Under the pieces are notes generated by a model. The model was not told where the DNA came from. It was given only the letters and a program-made list of their open reading frames with translations, and did not search any database. A DNA stretch of 64,000 nucleotides from the human T2T-CHM13v2.0 reference genome, Homo sapiens, in NCBI RefSeq assembly GCF_009914755.1, contig NC_060932.1; one strand, 5' to 3'. Below are positions 17,101 to 28,690 of this stretch, piece by piece. How positions within the stretch are numbered: position 1 is the stretch's first letter; each line of letters begins with the position of its first letter. Position numbers and translations under genes: made by a program.

Positions 17101-20100
17101 AGAGAATATTGGAATATTTCTGGTCCAGCATTTAGGTGATGTGGCTGTTCTGCCTGCTTCATAACCACAGAGGGAATTGTAATATATACCTAGGCACAGC
17201 TCACAGGAATGATAATGGCTTTCATATGTGGACTCAGCCAATAGAGGATATTGTGACTCTTATAACTAGGTTTAGGGACATGTGTGATGTCCTGGATCAC
17301 CTTCTTGTGCAAATGCCACAAAAGAATACAACACTCACACATATTTTACAAAGTCTTTGGGTTATACAGAGTTAAATCAGTGCTCAGCATACAGGTGAAA
17401 TTGTGAGTCTTGTACGCACTCCCAGCTGACAGTAAGGACTGTCATCATCTCACATGGATGAAGCCAACTGTCACACATGAAAACAGGACATATGCGGTAT
17501 TGTAAATCTCATCTTTGGAATTTTCTGGCAGTGTGATTGTGATATAAATTTTTGCCAAGCACCTGTGTAATTTGACTCTCCAGACTTATTCCAGCCCATA
17601 CATGGGATTGTGATACCTACCTAGCCCAAGCTCGAGGTGATGTGACTCTCCTGCCTGGGCCCTTCACTCAGTAAGGATTGTGACATATCACTGGATCTAG
17701 CGCCCAGGTGATGTTACATTTTTACGGGCGCCATTCCCACCAAAATTATTATGACATATTTCTGTGTTCATCTCATAGGTGATGTAACTCTCCTCTCTGA
17801 AATGGGCTGTGCATAAGGGAATGATAGTGAAATATTGCAAGGCCAGGCACACAGGTGAGGGTACCCTTTTTCCAGAGCCGTGCCCAAAGGAGAGCATTGT
17901 GATGTATCTCTGGGCCTATCATCTAAGTTATGTGGCTCTCCTGCTTGGGCCCAGCAAACCGAGAGAGTGATATATTTCTAGGTCAGGCACACAAGTGATG
18001 GTACTCATTGTCAGGGCTATGCTTCATAGAGGACATTGTGACATATTTCTGGGCCTATCACCTAGGTGAAGTGACTCCCTCCTTGGGCCCTCCCACATGG
18101 TGAATTGTGGCATAAGCAGATAACCTGCACCTAGGTGATGTAACACTCTTACCTGGGTGTTGTCCTAAGAGATCCTTGTGACATATCTCAGGACCCAGCT
18201 CCCGAGTGATGTGGCTCTTCTGCCTGGTTTCTGCCCAACATGTTTCATTGCGACATATTCCTAGGGAAGCACCTAGGTGATATGACTCTCTTCATCTGCC
18301 AGAGCCCTGCCTGGTGGGGACATTGGGGCATATCTCTGAGCCCATGACCTAAGTGATGTGACTCTGTTTTTCTGCCTGGGCCTTCACAATAGGAGGATTT
18401 TGACACATAGCTGAGCCCAGCACTCAGGATATGTGGCTCTCCTCTTTTTCCCAAACCATGCCCACAAAAAAGGAATTTTGACCTATTGCAGGGCCCATCA
18501 CCCAGATGATTTTACTCTTCTGCCTGAATTCTTCATAAAGAGAAAATTATGGCATATTTCATATTGCTGGGCCCAGCACCCTTATGATGTGACTTTCCTA
18601 TGCTGAAGCCCTTGAAGGTATTTTTATATTTCTTGGGCCCATTGGGTAGGTGTTTTGGGGCTCCCATAACTTGTCTGGGTTTTTTTCCTCATGTGGAATG
18701 GTGTCATATTGTTGGGTCCAGCACCCAGTTAATGTGGCCCAATTTCCCAGCCCTGCCTAGAGTAGGCATTGTGACATATTGCTTGTCACAGCACCTAAGT
18801 GATGTTATCCTCCTGCCTAGTTTTTTGCCAACAAATGAGATTATGACATATACCTTGTTTCAGTTCACAGGCATGATGATCAAACTTATATTGGGATTAA
18901 GCCAACAGGAGATATTTTCCCTCAATTGCTAGACTTAGGACAATAGGTGAGGTCCTGGGTTGCATATTTATACCAAGCTCACAGAAGCTTACACCACTAA
19001 CTTATATTGTATAAACTCTTTTGTGGTAGAGAGTTTCATAACAGGAAACAGTAAAAAGTTCAGATTGGGATTCTTGATTACACCCCCAGGTGAAATTAAA
19101 AGTTGTCACCATCCTACATTTACAAAGCCTGCTGTTGAGGTCCTGAGTCTAACAAAGTAATAAAGCAAAAAGTTGGAATTTTGACTTTTATATGTGGATC
19201 TGGCCACAGGTGGGATGGTGACTCATTTCTGGACCCAGCCCACAGGCTTAGTAATGGGTCTTCTCCCTTAACCCTGCCTATAGGAGAGACGTTGACTATC
19301 AAACCTGGATTTAGGGAAATATGTAAATTGTGAGTCCATAAGCCTCAGAGAGGTTTGCAACTCTCAAGCAGGTTTTATAAAGCCCTTGGATATTGTAGAC
19401 AGTGTCATACATTGGCCCAGCACATATGTGTGATTGTGACTCTAATATACACGCTCAACTAAAAGTTAAAGGTGTCACCCTCAAAGATCAGGAGATTGTG
19501 TCATATCACTGGGCCCTAGTACCCAGGTGTTGAGACTTTTTGGCTCAAATTCCTTTCCATGGGTGCATTGTTACATATCGCTGGGTCAGAATCATAATAC
19601 TGTAACTCTTCTGCCTGGGCCCTGTCAACAGGGGATATTATCACATGTCTCTGATCCTATTAGCTAAGTGATGTGTCTCTCTTCCCAGTGCCCTCCTACA
19701 GGGGACACTATGACATATCACTAGATACAGTATCTAGGTAACGAGACTCTCCTCTCCTGCCTTGATCCTGCCCACTGAAGAATTTGTGACATACCACTGA
19801 GTGCAAAACTTAGGTGATGTGACCCTCCTCTTTGTGCTGGACTCTGCCAAGAGAGGGAATTTTTACATATTGCTGAGCCCAGCACCTGCGGGGTGTGACT
19901 ATCCACTATTTTTTCAACCCTGTTTTCATTGGGCATGATGACATATTATTTGAGACTGTACCCAGGTGATACGACTCTTCTGCCTGGGTCCTGTCTACAG
20001 AGGAGATTATAATATATTCCTGGCTCAGCACCCAGATGATGTGACTCTTCTGTCTTTTCTCTATGCAAAAGTGAAATTGTGACATACACCTGGATTCAGC

Positions 20101-23100
20101 TCATATGCACAATAATAACTCTCATACATAGACTCAGCCAGGGAGATATTTCAACTCACAGGCAGTCCTATGACCATGGGTAAAGTCCTAGATATCCCAC
20201 CTGTAAGAATTCACAGAAAAGTATGCTACTCAGGCATATCATATAAAGCCTGAGTGGTATGAAGAGTGTCATAAAATGCACCAGAAACCAGGTACTGTTG
20301 TGACTCTTGGATGCACACCCAGCTTATACGATTGTCATTCTCACACCTGAACAGAGCCTATGAATGAGGTGCTAAATCTCATGCATATAAGCAGTTCACA
20401 CTTGAAATTGTTACTCTCATACATAAATCTGATCCACAGGTGGTTTGGTGATGTTTGAGCCATGATTCAGCCAACCTGTTGGGCTTTGACTCTCCTACTG
20501 GAACACAATCTTCAAGTGGGATTGGGGCTCTTATACATGAATTTTTCCCATTGTTGAGATTGTGACTCCTGTGTTTTGACCCAACTCATAGGAGGTGTTG
20601 ACTCTCATACCTGAAGCCAGGTCTTGTGTGGGACTGTGAAACTTATTTCTGAACATTTTTGAGTGTGTGATTGAGAAGTATGACTTTGCCGAGCATCTGA
20701 GTGTTTTGACTCTCCTTTCTAGGCTCAGAGTTGAAATTGTGACATATGTGCACCAAGCACCTAAGTGATGTGTAACACTTTCTTTGGCAATGCGACAAAG
20801 TGCACTTTTACATATCACTGGGACCAGCACCCAGCTAATGTGAAATCTTGACCTGAACCCTGCCTACAAACAGCATTGTGTCTTATCTAGGTCCATCACA
20901 TAAGTGATGTGACTTCCTTCTACTGCCTTGGCCCTGCACTTATGGTGCACTGTGACACGTAACTTGGTACTGCACCCAGGAGATGTGATTCTTTTTTGTG
21001 GGGGAGTGATTCTGCCAATAGGAAGCTTTGTAACATATCACTTGTCTCAGCAACTAGGTGATGTTTCTTCTCTCTTGCCTGGGCCCTAACCATGAGAGAG
21101 ATTGTGACATATTGTTGAACCCAGCACCAAGGTGAGGTCACTCTCTTACCTTGGTCCTGCATGCAGGGGCCATTGTGACATATAGCCATGCCAATTGCCT
21201 AGGTGAAGTTTGTCTCCTCTCTTGCCTAAGCCCTTTCTACAGCGGGGATTTAGATGTATCACCGAAACAAGCCTCCAGGTGATGTGACTCTTCTTCCAGA
21301 GTCCTGCCCACAAGGAGGATTGTGACATTTCACTGGACCAGCACCCACTCAGGTGATGTGACTTTCCTTTCTTCTCTCTGCCCACAGGTGATATTTTGCC
21401 ATGTACCTGAGACCATATCAAAGACCTAATAACAACTCTTGTACCTGGAGCCAGGACATGTGCAGGATGGTGACTCTCATCCCTGAACCTTTCCATAGGT
21501 GTTATTGTGACATATACCTTTGCCCAACTCCTGAGTGATTTAATAATCCTGCCTAGTTACAGCATACAGATGACATTTTGACATATACCTGGGCCAAGAA
21601 CCTTGCTGATTTGACCCTCCTCTCTTAGCAGCCTCCTCAGAAGGGATCATAACATTTCTCTGGACCCATTGTCTAGGTAATGTGACTCTCCTCTCCTGCC
21701 TGTACCCTGCTTCCAGTGAAGAGTGTAGCATTTCTAAGCACTGCATTCAAATCACATGACACTCTTGCCTGAGCCCTTTAAACAGGAGGCATTGTGACAT
21801 ATATCTAGGCCCATCATTTAGATGATATGACTCTCATCTCCTGCCTGGACGCTCCCCACAGGGGACATTATGCCATTGAGCTGGGCCTAGCACCCAAGTT
21901 TTGTGACTTTTCTGTTAGGGCCCTGCCTACAAAGGGAATATTTGATTATTTCTTGCTTAGGATTTAGGTGATATATTTGTCATGCCTATTTAATAACCAC
22001 AGAGGGGATCATGACATATACCTAGGTACAGGCATGATAATGACTCTCATATGTGGACCCCACTAATGGGAGAAATTTTGACTCTTATAACTAGGATTAG
22101 GGACATGAGTGATGTCCAGGATCTCCTTCTGGCAAAAAGATCACAGAAGCTTACAACACTCACACATATTTTATAACATCCTTGGGTTGTATAGGGAGTG
22201 TCATAACAGGGCCTAGCACACAGAGGAAATTGTATCGTATGCACACCCAGCTGACAGTAAGGACTTTCACAATCACGGATGGATAAAGGCAAATGTCATA
22301 CATGAAAACAGGACATGTGTGGTTTTGTAAATCTAATCCCTAGAACTTTATTGCATCGTGACTGTGATATAAATTTTTGCTAAGCACCTGTGTGATTTCA
22401 CTCTTCAGACTGGTTCCAGCCTACATATGGCATTTTGATATCCACCTGGGTCAACTTCGAAGTGATGTGACTCTTCTGCCTGGGCCCTGCTCTCAGTAAG
22501 AATTGTGACATCACTAGATCCAGCACCCAGGTGACATTACATTCTGCCTGCACCATGCTCACAGATATCATTGTAACATATCACTGTGTCCATCAATTAG
22601 AAGATGTAACTTTCCTCTCTGGAATGGGCCCTGCACACAGGGCAGGTTAGTGACATATTCCTAGGCCAGGCACACAGGTGATGATACTCTTTTGCCAGAG
22701 CCATGCACAGAAGAGGGCATTTTAACATATCACAGGGCCTATCATGTAGCTGATATGGCTCTTCTGCTTGGGACATGCCCACTTGAATAGTGACATATGG
22801 CTAAGCCAGCCACAAAGGTGATGGTACTCTTTTGCCAGGGCCATGCTTTAAGGAAGGCTTTGTGACATATCTCTGGGCCTATCACCTAGGTGATGTGACT
22901 TCCTGCTTGGCCCTGCCCACATGGAGCATTGTGACATAAGGGTGGAACCTGAACTTAGGTGATGTAACTCTCTTGCCTGGGTCATTTTCTAAGGGGGACT
23001 TGTGAATATCTCAGGACCCACGATCAAATGATGTGGCTCTTCAGCCTGGTTTCTGCCCACATATTAAATTTTGACATATACCTAAAGAAGCACCTAGGTG

Positions 23101-26100
23101 ATATGACTCTCTTTTTCTGCCTGAGCCCAGCCTACTGGTGACATTGGACAATATCTGTGAGCCAATAGCCTAAGTAATGTGATTCTCTTCTGTCTGGGCC
23201 TTTACAATGGGAAGATTGTGACATACTGATGAGCCCATAATTTGGGTCATGTGACTCTTGTCTTGTTGCTCAACAATGCCTATGAACAGCACTTTTGCCA
23301 TATTTCAGGGCCCAGCACATGGATGATGTCACTCTTCTGCCAGGTCATGCATAAAAAGGAAATTATAGCACCTTTCTCGGCCAAGAATCCTAATGATGTG
23401 ACTCTCCTGCTTGTGCCAGAGCCACAGAATGTATTTTGACATGTTGTTGGCCCATTCTGTAGCTGTTTTTGCTCTCATCATTTTGCTGGGTTTCTTCCAC
23501 GTATGGTTTTATCATATTGCTGGCTCAGGCCATCAGTTAAGGTGAGCCTCTTTCCTACGCCCTGCCTAGAGAGGGCATGGTGACATATTGCTTGGCACAG
23601 CACCTAAGTAATGTTAACCTTCTGCCTTGTTTTTTTGCCACAAATGGGATTATGACATATAACTTGCTTCAGTTCAAAGGCATGATGATCAAACTTATTT
23701 TGGGATTCAGACAATAGGAGATATTTTGCCTCTCACCAGTAGGTTTAGGTCAATAGATAAGGTCCTTCATTCCGTATTTGTACAAAGCTCACAGAAGTTA
23801 CAACAATAACTCATATCATAAAAACTTCTTGGGTGGTACAGAAAGTTTCATAACAGGGCCCAGCAAAAAGTTAAGATTGTTACTCTTGACTACACACTCC
23901 AGTGATAGTAAAAGTTGTTACCATCCTACATTTACAAAGTCCATTGTTGAAGTCCTGAGTCTAACAAATGAATACAGCACAAAATTGGAATTGTGACTTT
24001 CATAAGTGAACCTGGCCACAGGTGCGATGCTGACTCATTTCTGGACCCAGCTCATAGGCATAATAGTGATCTTATCCCTGAATCCAGCCTATAGAGAATT
24101 GTTGACCGTCATACCTGGGTTTAGGACAATATGTAAGATCATGAGTCCATATAAGCATGTAGGCCTCAGAGAGGTTTGCGGCTCCCATGCATGTTTTATA
24201 AAGTTCTCAGATGTTGTAGAAAGCATCATACAATGGCCAGCACACATGTGAGATTGTGACTCTCATATACACAACTAGCTAACAGTTAATGGTGTCACCT
24301 TTAATGAGAAGATTGTGTCATATCCTTCGGACTAGTACCCCGGTGTTTAGACTTTTTGGTTTAAATTCCTTTCCATAAGGGCATTATTAACATATCACTG
24401 GGTCAGAATCACGATAATTAGACTCTTCTGCCTGGGCCCTGCAAACGGGATATTTTCAGGTATCTCTGGGCCTACAGGCTATGTGATATGTCTCTCCTCC
24501 CTGTGTCCTGCTCACAGGGGAAACTGTGACATATCGCTAGATATAGCATCTAGATAATGTGACTCTCCTCTCCTGCCTGGATCATGCCCACTAAAAATAC
24601 TATGAAATACCACTGAGTGGAAAACCTAGGTGACATGACTCTCTTTGTCCTAAACTCTGCCAAGAGAGGAAATTATTATGTATTGCTGAGCCCAGTACCC
24701 AGCTGGTGTGATTCTCTTTTTCTTCTTCAAACCTGTCTACAATGGTCATGGTGACACATTACTTCAGGCTGTACCCAGGTAAGGTGGCCCTTCTGTCTGG
24801 TTTCTGCCCACATGTTAAATTGTGACATATAACTAGGGAAGCACCTAGGTGATATGACTCTCCTTTTCTGCCTTGGCCCTCCCTACTGGGGACACTGGCA
24901 TGTATCACTGAGCCCATGACCTAAGTGAAGTGACTCTCTTCTTCTGCTTGGTCTTTAAAATGGGTTATTGTGCCATATTGCTAAGCCCAACACTCAGGTT
25001 ATTTGACTCTCTTTTTTTTCTCAAACCATGCCCACGAACAGAAATATTGACCTATTGCAGGGCCCAGCACCCAGATAATGTTACCCTTTTGTGTGGGTCC
25101 TGCATATAGAAGGAATTATGGCATATTGCTGGGCCCAGCATCCTGATAATGTGAATCTCATACCTGTCCCAACACCACAAAAGGTATTTTGACATATCCT
25201 GGGCACATTATGTAGGTGTTTTGGCTCTCATCCCTTGGCTAGGTTTTTTCCACATGTAGGATGGAGTCCGATTGCTGAGTGCAGCACCTAGTTAACGTGA
25301 CACTAATTCTTATACCCTGCCTAGAGAGGGCATTGTGACATGTTGCTTGGCACAGCACCTAACTGATGTTACCCTCCTGCCTAGATTTTTGCCCACAAGT
25401 GGGACTATGACATATACCTTACTACAGTTCACAAGCATGATGGTCAAACTTATGCTGGGATTCAGCCAACAGGAGATATTTTGTCTTTCATCACCAGGCT
25501 TAGGGCAATAGGTAAGGTCCTGGGTTGCATATTTGTACCAAGCTTACAGAACTTTACAACACTAACTCATAATGTAGAAACTCCTTGGGTGGTACAGAGA
25601 GTTTCATGACAGGGACCAGCAAAAAGTTCAGACTGGGACTCTCAATTACACTCCCAGGTGAATGCAAATGTTGTCACCATCCCACATGTCAAAAGCCCAC
25701 TGTTAAGGTCCTGAGTCTAACAAGTGAGTACAGTAAAAAGTTGGAATTGTGATCTTCATATGTGGATCTGGCCACAGGTGGGGTGGTGACTCATTTCTGG
25801 ATCTAGCTCATAGGCATAATGATGGGTCTCAACCATGAACCCAGCCTACAAAAGACACGTTGACTATTATACCTGGGTTTAAGGCAATATGTAAGATCTT
25901 GAATCCATATGAGCATGAAGGCCTCAGAGTGGTTTTCAACTCTTCTGTATGCTGTATGAAGCTTTTGAATGTTTTAGAGTGTCATACAGCAGCCCAGGAA
26001 ACATGGGAGATTGTGACTCATATATACACCCAGCTCACAGTTAATGTTGTCAACCTCAAAGACAAGGAGATTTGGCCTATTATTAGGCCTAGCACCCAGG

Positions 26101-27459
26101 TGTTGAGACTTTTTGGTTCAAATTTTTTTCCCATTGGTGCATTGTGGCATATCGCTGGGTTAGAATCATAATAATGTGACTCTTCTGCCTGGACACTGCC
26201 AATGAGAGATTTTATCACATATCTCTGGGCCTATTAGCTAGGTAATTTGTCTCTTCTGCCTCTGCCCTGTCCCCAGAGGACATTGCGACATTGTGAAATA
26301 TCATGACTTAACATCTAGGTCATGTGACTCTCCTCTCCTGCCTGGGTCCTGCTCACCAAAGAAATTGTGACATATCGCTGACTGCAAAACCTAGGTGATG
26401 TGACTCTCTTTCATTTTCTAGACTCTGCCAAAAGGGGATTATTACATACTGCAGAGCCCAGCACCCAGGTAGAGTGACTTTCCTCTTTTTCTTCTTGTCT
26501 GTGGGGGGCTTGGTGACATACTGTTTGAGGCTGTACCCAGGTTATATGACTCTTCTGACTAGGCCCAGCCTACAAATGAGATTATACTGTATAATCTCAG
26601 GTGATGTGACTCTCCTGCCTTGTCCCTGCTCACAGGTGAAATTGTGACATATACCTGGGTTAATCACACATGTGCAACAATAATTCTCATACCTGGACCC
26701 AGCCAGTAGAGATATTTTGATGCTCATAGCCTGTCTCAAGGCCATGGGTAAAGTCCTGGGTTATTCACTTGTATAAAGTTCACGAAGGATTATAACACTC
26801 AGGTATATCATATAAATATGTAAATATTACAAAGAGTGTCATAACAGAGACCAGCAGTGAGGTGAGAGTGTGACTTTTATATGCACACCTAGCTTACGTG
26901 ATTGTCATTTTCATACATAAACAGGGCCTTGGAATGAGGTACTAAATCTCACACATAAAAGGCAGTCGAAGGTTGAAATAATTTCTCTCATACATGGATC
27001 TGATTCACAGGTGGTTTGGTAACATTTGAACCGTGATTCAGCACACCTGTGGTGCTGTGACTCCCTTAATGGAACACAATCTTCAAGTGTGTTTGGGCAT
27101 CTTATACATGGAACTTGCCCATTGTGGAGACTGTGACTCCTCTACTTCGACCCAACTCATAGAAAATGTTGACTCACATACACGAAACCAGGACTCATGT
27201 CGGATGTGAAACTTATTTCTGAACTTTTCAGAGTGTGATTGGGACAGGTAACTTTGCCCAGCACATGAATAATTTGACTCTCTTTTCTAGGCCCAGACCA
27301 TAGATTTAATTGTGCCATGTTTGGAACAAGCACCTAAGCAATATATAACACTTTCATGGCTTTGCCTACAAAGAGCACTTTCATATATCACTGGACCCAT
27401 CACCGAGGTGATAGGAATTATCTGCAAAAAACCTTCCTAAAAAGAAAATTATGTCTTTT

Positions 27460-28229
27460 ACATTTATGCAGCCAACAGACACATGAAAAAATGCTAATCA
27501 CTGGCCATCAGAGAAAAGCAAATCAAAACCACAGTGAGATACTATCTCACACCAGTTAGAATGACGATCATTAAAAAGTCAGGAAACAGCAGGTGCTGGA
27601 GAGGATGTGGAGAAATAGGAAAGCTTTTACACTGTTGGTGGGACTGTAAACTAATTCAACCATTGTGGAAGACAATGTGGTGATTCCTCAAGGATCTAGA
27701 ACTAGAAATACCATTTGACACAGCCATCCCATTACTGGGCATATACCCAAAGGATTAAGAATCAGGCTGCCATAAAGACACATGCACACGTATGTTTATT
27801 GTGGCACTATTCACAATAGCAAAGACTTGGAACCAACCCAAATGTCCATCAATGATAGGCTGGATTAAGAAAATGTGGCACATATACACCATAGAATACT
27901 ATGCAGCCATAAAAAAGGATGAGTTCATGTCCTTTGTAGGGATATGGATAAAGCTGGAAACCATCATTCTGAGCAAACTATCGCAATGACAGAAGACCAA
28001 ACACCACATGTTCTCACTCATAGGTGGGAAATGAACAGTGTGAACACTTGGACACAGGGTGGGGAATATCACACACTGGGGCCTGTCATGGGGTGGGGGG
28101 AGGGAGGAGGGATAGCATTAGGAGATATACCTAATGTAAATAAGGAGTTAACGGGTACAGCACACCAACATGGCACATGTATACATATGTAACAAACCTG
28201 CACGTTGTGTATATGTACCCTAGAACTTA
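27460..28229 (+). mobile_element. L1PA5-like 5'-truncated element, part of a TSD-flanked composite insertion 27458-28685
   Basis: ORF2 end and 3' UTR ending CCCTAGAACTTA; 19-bp TSD AAAAAGAAAATTATGTCTT at 27439-27457 and 28686-28704. Confidence 0.9.
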
Positions 28230-28459
28230 CTCTTGTACAGAGGTCACAAAAGATTATAACACTCACAAATATTTTATAAAGTCTTTGGGTTACACAAGGT
28301 CAAAGCAGGGCTCACCACACAGGTGAAATTGTGAGCCTTGTATGAACACCTAGCTGACAGTAGGAACTGTCATCATCTCACACGGATGAAGACAACTGTC
28401 ACACCTGAAAACAGGACATGTGTGGTATTGTAAATCTCACCTATGGAATTTTCTGACAG

Positions 28460-28495
28460 AAAGAAAGAAAGAGAAAGAGAAAGAAAGAAAGAAAG

Positions 28496-28550
<55 letters not shown>

Positions 28551-28617
28551 GAAAAGAAAGAGAAAAAGAAAGAAAGAAAGGAGAAAGAAGGAATGAAAGA
28601 AAAAAGAAAGAAAGAAA

Positions 28618-28681
<64 letters not shown>

Positions 28682-28690
28682 AAAAAAAAA
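28460..28690 (+). repeat. (GAAA)n polypurine microsatellite
   Basis: ~230 bp of near-pure GAAA/GA repeats ending in A10. Confidence 0.95.
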
